A DNA stretch of 64,000 bases from Felis catus (taxonomy: Eukaryota), in the NCBI RefSeq assembly GCF_018350175.1, contig NC_058369.1, forward strand, positions 14,634,001 to 14,698,000, written 5' to 3'. Shown here piece by piece: positions 25,901-34,759 of the stretch. The notes beneath the pieces are model-generated. The model was not told the DNA's origin, ran no database searches, and saw only the letters and a list, made by a program, of their open reading frames with translations. The translations under genes were made by a program, and so were the position numbers. Within the stretch, counting starts at the first letter, position 1, and the number at the start of each line of letters is the position of its first letter.

Positions 25901-28723
25901 ATGACTTGGGTGAGTTCAGGTAAAGGCTACATCCAAAGAAACGGGGGCAGATCAGAAGCTACCAAGTCTCAAAAGAAAAGCCCCAGGGGCCTTTTTACCT
26001 CAAAAAGAAACCAGGAACCACTTATGCAACAATCAAGTTGCCTTGCATGTATAATGCCTCACTATTCAATTTGCTAGTCTTAAAAGAAAAAAAAAAAAGC
26101 TGCCTTCAAGATTAACAAGGAATGGGGTGCCTGGGTGGCTCAGTCAGTAAAGCATCTGACTTCAGCTCAGGTCATAATCTCCCAGTTCATGGCTTCAAGC
26201 CCTGTGTCCGGCTCTGTGCTGACCGCTCAGAGCCTGGAGCCTCCTTCAGATTCTGTGTCTCCCTCTCTTTCTCTGCTCCTCCCCCACTCACGTCTGTCTC
26301 TCTCTCTCTCAAAAACAAATCTATAAATTTAAAAAGCATTTAAAAATTAAAAAAAAAAAAGGATACCAAGGAAGAGGGGTGCCTGGGTCACTCAGTTGGT
26401 TAAGTGTCAGACTCTTGGTTTGGGTTCAGGTCATGACCTCATGGTTTCATGAGCGCTGAGTTTCATGAGTGCTGAGAGTGCAGAGCCTGCTTGGGATTCT
26501 GTCTCCCTCTCTCTCTGCCCCTCTCTCACTTGCACTCCCTCTCAAAATAAATAAACTTAAAAGAAAAAAAAAAAGAATAGCAAGGGAGAGGCGGCTGATT
26601 GCACGCCATTCTAAAGCCTATCTAGGGGAAGTCTGGATTGCTATAAGAAAAAAAAAAAAAAAACCCAGCAGCCATGGGGCTGTGATAGGGTGACAGATGC
26701 TTGAGGAAGGCCACACCTGAGCAGAGTTCACTCCTTAAGCAGCTCCCTACCTAGAAGAGAAGGAACTCAGGGAGCTCCACAAACACCCAAAGCGCTGCCT
26801 CTGTGGTTCCTTGGGTGTGAAGAGCCCATTTCCCCCTCCTGAGCTTTCCAGAATCTTAAGTGCCACAAACTTTACTATATGCTCATTGTGCACAGTCCTG
26901 GGAATACACAGGAAAATATGACAAAGCCTCTGCCCTCAGACTAGCCTAGCAGACAGGGGATCACACAAGGGCACCCTCTCCTGGCCCAGCTCTTTTTTTT
27001 CCAGGTGTCGGGGATCACCTCTATTCAGTGCACACCCATTACGACAATGATTTATAATTAGTCTCCCACACCCCCTACTTCTCAATGAGCTCTGATGGGG
27101 CAGAGAGGGTCTTAGCCATCTTGGTTTCGCCAGCACCTAGCACAACGCCCCCCAAAGTAGAATGAACATAGGGAGGTGGGGGGAGAACACTCTTAACTTT
27201 CCAGATAGAGGCTATGAACCTGCAGAGCGTGGACGATCCACAAGAAGCAAAGGAGACAAAGTCTCACGAACAATGCATGCCATATCCACCTTTTCTTCGC
27301 CTCCTCCTTCCCGTGGCTGCTGCTCACTTGGCTTTGGCATAACCCCTCCTCACTACGCGGCTCTACTGACTGTATACACAGTCCATACCACCAGACCCTG
27401 GCCCCATCCTCAGGGACCACCCTTCACCCCAAAGAACAGGCCCCATTCAGCGAGGCCTCATCCTCCAAAAGGACTTCAGTCCTTTCCTATTTTCTAACAA
27501 CTCGAGAAGGCCCCAAACACAACGGGCTGCCTTGTGAAGCAGATGCTACCACTCCTCACTGGCTGACAAGCGGTGGGCGGAGGGAAGTAGGGCAGGTGGT
27601 CTTAAACCCGCTGTGATTTTTCCCACTGCAACTGAAAGAAAACCCAAACTCCTTCCTGAGACGTGTAGGCCGCGTGCGATCTGGTTCCAACCCCTCTCCG
27701 AACTGAACCCAGGACTTTCAGTCTCTGGCTGCGTTTCCTTCCAGCTCTTTCTCACCTGGAGCCCTCTGAAAGTGCTGTGTCCTCTACACCTGACTTCGCA
27801 CAGGATGCCGTCGCTTTTCTTAGACTTCCTCTCACGAGGTGGACTTGGTGTTTGCTACTCACTTTCTCTTCCTCAAACTATGAGCTTGAGAGCAAGGGCT
27901 ACGTCAGCACCCAGCTGGGGGTCCCACACATGGTTAAGTGTCTAATAAAACTTTGCTGCTTTCATAAAACGGGGGACCGCCATCCCTCCCCCCGGCTCCC
28001 CCACCATCCTTTTTTTTCCGGATGGTTCCCGCACCAGGTCACCCCCATCACTTGCAACCTGAGTCCCACTGCCCACAACCCACTCTCCGTTATCTGCCTT
28101 CACAACTTCCCACCTCGTAAACCCCACGAATGCATCCATTTAGCTGTCCACCTCTCGGCCCTTACACCCCCCCAGCTCCCCTCTTAACCCTTTACATTCC
28201 ATAAACCCCCAAACTGCTTTTCACCATATACCTCCCCATCCACAGACCCCCCTTAAACCCATCCCTCTCGCCCCAGGACAAGCTCCTAAAACCCATCACC
28301 TGCTGCTTAACCCCGTAAGCCTTTCAGTCCGTCGCATTTTAACCTCATAAATCCCTTCGGCCTCAGAACCACCCCCCCACCCCGCTTTCAGTCCTCCCTG
28401 AGCCCCCACATCTCCCCTCCCAGCTCCCCGCCCAGAGATGCACCCCAAGCTCTCACTGTGCACCGTCCTCACTCCTCAGGCCCCCTGTCAACTTGGCCCT
28501 GGCCCCGCGGCCCGCCCCCTTCACTCCCGCGACTTTGGGCGGCCCAGGCCCCCGTCGCGCCCGCGCAGCACCTGGCCTGCGCCTCCTCCAGGCTCTGGTC
28601 GGTGATGGCCATGATCTGCTGCAGGACCTCGCCTGTGTCGGGGCCTGGTGGGGGCCCGGGCGGCGGGCGGCGCAGGGCCGGGAGAGGCGGCGCGGGGCGC
28701 TGCGGGCGCGGCGGGGAGTCCAT
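9925..28723 (-). CDS. PBX4: PBX4, PBX homeobox 4 (TALE/PBC class); 5' part only (exons 1-2), gene continues past position 1
   Basis: PBC-A domain ...[42 protein letters not shown] joined across an 18.6-kb intron. Position next to LPAR2 identifies the paralogue as PBX4. Confidence 0.93.
10203..10902. mobile_element. Three Can-SINEs (10203-10413 -, 10418-10622 -, 10690-10902 +)
   Basis: TSDs catgtgtttt and ctacgaacttt. Confidence 0.92.
11504..11886 (+). mobile_element. MaLR LTR (MLT1C/D-like), 3'-truncated
   Basis: aatggctcccaaagatgtcca...gaccttgagatggggagatta...aagctggaaaaggcaaggaa. Confidence 0.75.
11887..12250 (+). mobile_element. Two Can-SINEs (headless 11887-12031; full 12037-12250)
   Basis: SINE bodies and tails. 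Confidence 0.88.
12255..14370 (-). mobile_element. L1MB-type fragment containing nested Can-SINEs (12752-13387 stack, 14010-14180)
   Basis: atattccattgtatg...ttttggctattatgaataa...ttgagttgtaagagttcttta L1 antisense sequence; (AT)12 at 14290-14313. Confidence 0.8.
12770..13002 (-). mobile_element. Young Felis-type Can-SINE
   Basis: CpG-intact; diagnostic gcgcagtcgg, cagccaggtcacg, ctgtttccga, gtcccaaaaataaataaacgttg. Confidence 0.92.
15317..16078 (+). mobile_element. ERVL-type solo LTR (MER74-like) with a Can-SINE (15834-16060) in its 3' end
   Basis: TG...CA ends, internal AATAAA at about 15768, resemblance to remembered MER74 consensus; SINE TSD aaaacaaatccc. Confidence 0.6.
16925..17109 (-). 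mobile_element. Can-SINE
   Basis: SINE body; TSD-like taaagta.ctt. Confidence 0.88.
17309..17767 (+). mobile_element. MaLR LTR (MLT1E/F-like)
   Basis: gcaaggaactgaattctgccaacaa...gagaccctgagcagag...gattcctgacccatggaaactg. Confidence 0.75.
17798..18275 (+). mobile_element. Two Can-SINEs; long (CT)n at about 18197-18243
   Basis: SINE heads at about 17798 and 18036. Confidence 0.9.
18894..19105 (+). mobile_element. Can-SINE
   Basis: Perfect TSD aattagaagacatga. Confidence 0.92.
19850..20129 (-). mobile_element. Can-SINE with expanded (GA)n
   Basis: (GA)n at about 19900-19960. Confidence 0.9.
20705..22286. mobile_element. Five Can-SINEs (20705-20914 -, 21072-21335 +, 21342-21585 +, 21594-21785 +, 22068-22286 -)
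   Basis: SINE heads and tails; TSDs aaaaaattcag and ctgggctgtggtttt. Confidence 0.9.
22665..22830. mobile_element. MER5-like DNA transposon relic
   Basis: gggagcttgttagaaatg...gaagaactgctcta. Confidence 0.6.
22840..23300. mobile_element. MER3-like relic with an inserted Can-SINE (23003-23255 +)
   Basis: aatatggtagccact...ctactgagcacttgaaatgtagctag; SINE TSD aaaagacacatag. Confidence 0.75.
23470..24750. mobile_element. Four Can-SINEs (23470-23677 -, 24146-24350 +, 24421-24520 +, 24527-24750 +)
   Basis: SINE heads and tails. Confidence 0.9.
25108..25570. mobile_element. Head-to-head inverted Can-SINE pair (25108-25326 -, 25353-25570 +)
   Basis: TSDs tgctttccctcttt and aaacaca..tgtgg; 26-nt spacer. 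Confidence 0.93.
26124..26575 (+). mobile_element. Two Can-SINEs (26124-26360, 26376-26575)
   Basis: SINE heads and tails. Confidence 0.9.
28572..28723 (-). CDS. PBX4: PBX4 coding exon 1
   Basis: CCGCCCATGG start; MDSPPRP...EEAQA AG|GTGCTG; 152 nt, phase 2. Confidence 0.92.
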
Positions 28724-28936
28724 GGGCGGCGGGACCGGGGAGGCGCCGAGGAGGAGCGGGCCCGCTCACAAAAGCGCCGCAGCCAACCACCGCCACCCGC
28801 GCGCACCGGGCGCGCGCGCGCCCAAGCCCCACCCCTCACCGCCGCCGCCAGCCAACCGCCGCCAGCCAGGCCGCCGCGCACCGCCCACAGACACGCCCCT
28901 AACTGCCCCTTGCAACGGCCCGGGACTCGGTGGGGA

Positions 28937-28950
28937 GTTGCCGAGGCAAC
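28937..28950. promoter_or_regulatory. RFX X-box (perfect palindromic consensus)
   Basis: GTTGCC-GA-GGCAAC about 215 bp upstream of the PBX4 ATG. Confidence 0.65.
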
Positions 28951-29089
28951 GGCTCTTCCCGTCCTCACTCTCCTCCCGGCCGAGGAAGGGCGACCACTGC
29001 TTCGCTCTGCTTCAGAGGCTCCCCGCCCCGCCATGTCCACCTCCCTCACCTGCTCAGAACGACTCCTGCTTAGAGACCTTAATCTTTCT

Positions 29090-29390
29090 TGGGGCCCCTC
29101 ATGTCTCCTCAGAGCCCCCGCACCTCCCTCAGAGAACTCCAGCATTTTTCCTCAAGAGACCCTCAAGTCTCCTCAGAGACCATCCCCGCTACCTCCTCAC
29201 GCCCTCTACTCCCCACCAGAGCCCCCACCCCTCCTCAGAGCCCCCATTCCTCCTGAAGAGCCTCCACTCCTCAACGGTCCCCACTCTTCCTCAGTGGCCC
29301 CCGTGTCCCAGACACCCCCCGCCCTCCTCAGAGTACCCCACTCTTCAGGCCACCCCTTCCTTTCTCAGAAATCCCTATGATTCTCAGATC
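29090..29390. repeat. Degenerate ~20-30 bp C-rich repeat with core CCTCAGAG upstream of PBX4
   Basis: Recurrent ctcctcagagccccc / ccctcagagaac / ctcctcagagacc / ctcctcagagtaccc. Confidence 0.6.
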
Positions 29391-30806
29391 CTCGCCAACA
29401 TTCACCATTCATCTCCAGAAGCCCTAACACCCAGTCCCCTAATGGTCCCCTCAGTCTCGGCCCGTAGATGGGCACTAGGGCTCCTGGCCTCCCGGCGCTT
29501 CCCTCTAGAGCTTTCCACGCGGGGTGCAGTTGTGTGTGGTGATGGTGGCTGGAGGGTTTGAAGTGAGTGATTTTCTCGGCTGCAGAAATCAATTCTCTTT
29601 TCAAGGTCTGGCTGACGAGTGATCGCCCGTTGATTCACTCTCTCCATCTACTCCGGTCTGGGCCTTCAAAACCCTAGCACGCGGTCACTGAGCTACTGAA
29701 GGATGCTTCCTGAGGGTCCGCTCTGAGGTGTACCCACCCCAAGTAAGAGTGGATGTCCACAGGTCTTTTGTTTCAAACCACCAGACCTCACAGCGTCAGA
29801 GAAGGCTCATCGTGTGAGAGAAAAGGAACGGACTGGACACGAATCACTTCTCCGAAGTCACAGGACCTGCTGGAGCCCGTTTTTCTCTGAGGACAGATTC
29901 GAGACGCAGGCTCCTCAAGGGTCCTCAGTCCCTCTGGAAACCCTTCAGGCCAAGGCCCATCTTCTCATTGCCGCTGGAGAGGAAACACAGTCACCCTGTC
30001 TGGTGTGACTGGATTGGAGGACCCCAAAGAGGACGGCAGGGAATGGAAATGAGTGATGCGGGATGTGAAGAACCCCTTTGGAAGCTCCCCGATTAAGGAA
30101 ACCTGCCACTTGGCCCCAGTAAGAGGAAGTACTAGAAGTTGTGGCGACCACGACCGTTGTCAGGGCAACAGCTGTTGCCCTGTACAAAAGTTCAGCAGCC
30201 CTGTACATGAAACCTCAAAGTTGTTTGTAATTTCAATGTCTCTCAGAGAACAGTGGGGGCGGAGGGTTGAAAGCTTTAGGGGCCAAAACTTGCATGGCGG
30301 AGACACCTACAGAAGAAGGAAAAATCGATGCGACAAGATGCCAAAGGAGACCAGAGGAGTGTGGGTTAGAGCCCGGAGGATACTAGTGCGCGAGCGGCCA
30401 GCTCAGAGCAAGTGAAACTTAAAAACTGCCTTTGGGAGGCCATTTGGGGTCCCCACCCCATACGAAGTGGCTTTGGCACCTAAAGTGACATGTCTGTCCA
30501 GTGGGCCTGGAGTCCCGCAGAGGCAAGGGCTGCCTTTCATGGGCCTGTGCCCAGGCATAAGGTGGGAGGGTCATCATCTCTGGAGATTTCAGGCCTCAGG
30601 CCCTAGAAGACATGTTGCCCACCTCGGATCCTGAAGTATCCAGCATCCCGGTTCATTCTTGCCGCCCCACAGAGCTGTCTTAGGGCAGAGGGAGTTTTCC
30701 CAAAGGGAAACCCAGCCCCATTCAGTGAAGAAGGGACCTAGATGTTTTTGGTTCTTCAGCAATGTGTGCTTTAGTGAATTAAGAATTTGGCCTCCAATGG
30801 GAGGCT

Positions 30807-30812
30807 TTTATT
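30807..30812 (-). terminator. Candidate distal polyadenylation signal downstream of LPAR2
   Basis: First canonical AATAAA I found on the minus strand after the LPAR2 stop (about 1.5 kb away); a nearer non-canonical site is possible. Confidence 0.3.
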
Positions 30813-31452
30813 TAGCATGTGAACCTTAAGAGGCTATAACCTTGTATCCCCCTGCCCCCCCTTAAGCGGAAGCAGAGAATCCAGATCCTGGTCTACACTG
30901 TACCTAGCAGGGTGCCTTTATGAGCACCTGAGAGGGGGCTCATCATGGCATGTCTGAGCCTTGGGGGGCTGTGGGGTGAGAGGAGGAAAACCAAGCTGAG
31001 GTTGTGACCAACTGTTGACTCTGTGGGGAGTCCAAAGCCCTCTCCCCAGGTGCCTCTCTAGTCCCTTGATTCATCTCTGTGTCTTTTGAAGCTATGCAAC
31101 CACAGGCCAGATGGCAACCCCTCTGAGCTCCTGTCCTGTGAAAGTAAGTGTCATACCTGCACCACAAGATGCAAGTGATGATTAAATAACGCAACTACAG
31201 TGCTTATCAGAGTGCCGGGCACATCAGAGGAGCCTGGGAAATGGCAACTCTCAAATCCGGCATCCTGCTCCATGGACCCTACTCCCCTTGGTCGGGGGGG
31301 CAGGGAAGGGGATGGACACACCTGACTATTAATAACCTGGACTCAGACGAAAGGGCAGGAAGGAGAAAGAGGGTGAATTCGAGGCAGGGGAACAGGCAGA
31401 GGAGACCGAGGCGAAGAGAATGCGTGTAAGACCTCCAACAAGAGAAATGGAG

Positions 31453-31550
31453 TGGGGCACCTGGCTGGCTCAGTCGGTAGAACATGCGATTCCTGATCTT
31501 GGGGTTGTGAGTTTGAGCCCCATGTTGGATGTAGAGATGACTTAAAAAAG
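31453..31550 (+). mobile_element. Short older Can-SINE
   Basis: ggggcacctggctggctcagtcggtaga...acttaaaaaa. Confidence 0.85.
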
Positions 31551-32274
31551 AGAGAGTAACAGCCGCGCAGAGATCAAAGATGAAAGAGAACAGGGCTGAG
31601 GAGATCCCAGCCTAGCCTGAGCTGAGGCGGACAATTCTGGGACACAGGGACAGACGGGACTCTCTGAGTTGTTGATAGAAAATGCTCTGGAGACCTCAGT
31701 GGAAAGACTTACTCCTTATATCATGCTCTCCCCCACAGACCCCCTCGATTCTAATAACGGACTGACAAGACCCCAGAGGCTGCAAGGGGCCACAAACCTT
31801 TTCCCAGATCACACTCAGCACCCCTCAGTCTGCGCCCCTAAAGAATCAGCTTCAGGCAGATGGTGCATCCACGGTCCGTGTCACCCTGTCTCACTGGGCG
31901 GGGTGGCCTCATCTGTCCCATCTTTGACACCCACATCACCACAGACAAGGAAGCAGTCCACAGGGTTTACCAGGGATGTGTGGTAAAAATAGAAAATGTC
32001 AGTTAAAACCCCCAAAACCTGAGATGATTAATTAGCAGATTCCTGAACCCCATCTGACTTTTCTCCTGGGCATTCAGAGGTGACCCCACACCCCCAGGCC
32101 CCCGGAGCAGGCAGAGCTGTGTGCCTGGGGGAGACTGGCAGTGGAGTTGTGCCACGGCAGACTGGGGGTCTGCCTTTAAGTCTGTCCTGCAGATTGGGGA
32201 GAGCCAGGTGCGTCCACGAGTGGTCAGGGGCTACGATCTGGCATCTGCGGCACCCCAGTGAAGTCCCAGGTTGG

Positions 32275-32588
32275 CTAAAGGGTGGAGTCCATCAGGGGAT
32301 GGCCATTCTCAGGAAGCATGATGCGAGTGCTGGCACCCGTTCGGGTGGAGGGTGCGTAGCGGGCAGACTCGTGCGTGGACCGGCGAAGGCACAGACAGCA
32401 GAGGAGGCGGCGGAAGGTGCGGCGCATCTCAGCATCTCGGCACGAGTACACCACGGCATTGACCAGTGAGTTGGCCTCAGCCAAGAGCAGGAAATACTTC
32501 TCCACAGCCAGAACATTGCAGGACTTGCAGTCCAGACCGTCCAGAAGCAGCACCACCTGGCCCGGCGTCCAGCAGACCACGAACGCCC
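32275..32588 (-). CDS. LPAR2: LPAR2 last coding exon (exon 3)
   Basis: AFVVCWTPGQV...LMDSTL*; 314 nt. Confidence 0.96.
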
Positions 32589-34058
32589 CTGCAGGATGGA
32601 GCCTGAGGTAAGCAGAGCCGGCTAGCAGGGGGCCTGGCGCCCACAGCTTAGAGCTCAGGGCTGGAGGGGTCTCTGGAGCTCAGACAACGGCCACTGTTGC
32701 AGGGCAAGAGCGGCCGGACACGGTTCTCTGATCTGTCGGCCAGAGGGATACCTTTCCTAACCGGTACACGGTAGATAGGGTGCTGGGCATTTCTACATGG
32801 AGGCTGGTTCTGTGGGGAAAAGGAGGTCACTGTGGGACAGGCCAGTTACTTGGGGCGGGGAGGGAGGGGATCGTAGGGAAGAGGCACTCTTTGATCTTGG
32901 GGTATGGGGGTGTATCCTCCTGGGATACACCTTGCCGCCTCCCCCACTCAGACTACTCAACAGCCAGACTGATCTGGTTCCTCCCTGCTAAGAACTCTTA
33001 AGGGCTTCTTCCCCCAGAACTCAGAACAAAATCTGACTCTTGCCTGTGCCCTTCGAGGCGATGCTGACCTTCTCTCTTGCTTCTCTCCAGCCACGCCGGC
33101 CTCCTCTTTGGAGACACTGGCCCAGTCCTGCGGGGCTCTCACCTTCTGTCCCCTCTGCCTGGAACTCTTCCCTTCCCCAGCTTTCAGGTCTCTGCTCAGA
33201 TGTCACCTCCTTGGAGAACATTCCCCACCCAAATCCTCCCCTCCCTTGTGTCGTGGGAGTTGGGTGGGGGAAGCAGGGGTCCTGCCACCCTGGGCCAGCT
33301 GAGGGCACTCACTCACCCAGAATGATGACAACGGTCTTGACCAGGCTGAGTGTGGTCTCTCGGTAGCGAGGGTGGCAGCTGACATGCTCTGCCATGCGCT
33401 GCACCCTCCGCCTCACATAGAAGAAAATGCGGGTGTAGACAGCCACCATGAGCAGGAAGACAAGCAGGCTGGACAGGGCCCAGACGGCCAGGTAGGAACG
33501 GCTGAGCAGGGGGGCCATGCGTGAGCAGCGGTCCAGGGCACAGAGGCAGTGCCAGAAGTGGGCGGGCAGCAGCCCCAGGCCCAGCGCGGCCACCCACACC
33601 CCCACGATGAGCATGACGACTCGGCCATGGGGCAGGCGGCTGTGCAGCTGCACGGCCATCACACTGCGGTGCCGCTCCACAGCGATGGCCAGCAGCGTGG
33701 CCACTGACGCCGTCAGGCTCGTGTCCAGCAGGCCCTGCCGCACAAACCAGCCCTCCACCGAGAGCCGCGCAGTGCGAGGGCCCGTGTGGAACATGAGGAA
33801 GAGGTAGGCCACACCGGCAAAGAGGTCAGCTGCAGCCAGGTTGCCCAGCAGGTAGTAAATGGGCTGGTGGAAGCGGCGGTTGGAGGCGATGGCCGCGATC
33901 ACCAGCAGGTTGGTCAGCAGCACCAGCACGCTGACGGTCAGCCCCAGAGCCACCACAACTACATCCTTGGGCCGCCAGTGGGAGCTGAGCTCCTTGCCAC
34001 TGTTGTTGTAGAAGAAGCCGATGGTCTCATTGTAGTAGCACTGGCCCATGCTGACCAT
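32275..34058 (-). CDS. LPAR2: LPAR2, lysophosphatidic acid receptor 2 (EDG4); 2 coding exons, 1056 nt, 351 aa
   Basis: MVSMGQCYYNETIGFFYNNSGK; 7TM motifs NLAAAD, ERH and CWTP; C-terminal PDZ ligand DSTL; one intron in TM6. Confidence 0.98.
33317..34058 (-). CDS. LPAR2: LPAR2 first coding exon (exon 2)
   Basis: Acceptor CAG immediately followed by ATG; ends VVIILG|GTGAG; 742 nt. Confidence 0.96.
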
Positions 34059-34350
34059 CTGGGGGCACAGAGGGAGAGGTCAGCGCAGGTGGCATTTGTT
34101 GGAAGGATACAGGAAGGAGCAGCGGCCAGAGGGGAGGGTCAGGACAGGAAGGGCAAGGGTCTCAAAGTCAGATGCCTCAGGGTAAAGTGGCCTGGTGGAG
34201 ACCAGGGTAACCTGGAAAAGCAAGCTACACGGTGGGAGTGCGGGGGGGATGGGCAGCGGTTGCTTATTGACTACTAAGACGCTTACAAAGATATCTCCCA
34301 AATCAAATGACTGGCTTTTTTTTCTTTTTTAATCTAAAGGAGAAAAATAA

Positions 34351-34575
34351 GGGGCGCCTGAGTGGCCCAGTCGGTTAAACGCCTGCTTTGGCTCAGGTCA
34401 TGATCTTGTGGTTTGTGGGTTCCAGCCCCGAGTAGGGCTCTGTGCTGATAGCTCAGAGCCTGGAGCCTGCTTCAGAGTCTGTCTGTCTGTCTCTCTCTCT
34501 CTCTGCCCCTCCCCTACTGATGCTCTCTCTCTCCCAAAACAAACATTAAAAAAATTTTTTTAAATAAAAAAAAAT
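34351..34575 (+). mobile_element. Can-SINE in LPAR2 intron 1
   Basis: SINE head, body and A-tail. Confidence 0.9.
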
Positions 34576-34759
34576 CAAGTAAAGAAGCAAAATAAGCCAA
34601 ACAAAAAACCAACAAGAAATCATCTGCCCAAGCGCGGCCAACCTGTACTAGGGATGGGGGGAGGGAGGAACAAAGGGGGCGTGAGCTGTGAAAGTAAGTG
34701 AGGGAGGGTCTGTTTGGTGCTGGGATCATCGAAGGGAGCAGAGCCCAGGGGACGTGTGT

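Larger units (their letters stand above)
28450..29040. promoter_or_regulatory. PBX4 CpG island / promoter
   Basis: Very CpG-rich around exon 1; (CG)n run at about 28810; GC/CACCC boxes. Confidence 0.8.

Noticed and set aside
768..26575. Repeated units with unique spacers (CRISPR-like) and tRNA-like A/B boxes
   Set aside because: The repeats are dispersed ~200-bp tRNA-derived SINEs with A-tails and TSDs in mammalian DNA; there is no regular array, cas gene or complete tRNA cloverleaf.
701..26693. Dozens of similar ORFs ([16 protein letters not shown]...[14 protein letters not shown])
   Set aside because: These are translations of Can-SINE copies, not a gene family.
28110..28360. Interstitial telomere-like sequence
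   Set aside because: Only scattered single TAACCC-like units, with no tandem (TTAGGG)n.
28453..29561. Long ORFs over the PBX4 promoter (367, 295 and 230 aa)
   Set aside because: Low-complexity Pro/Arg/Gly translations of a CpG island plus the CCTCAGAG repeat; stop codons are rare in such sequence and no domain is recognisable.
30053..30415. 120-aa ORF between PBX4 and LPAR2
   Set aside because: No recognisable homology or exon structure and the length is within chance; only the palindrome inside it was kept.
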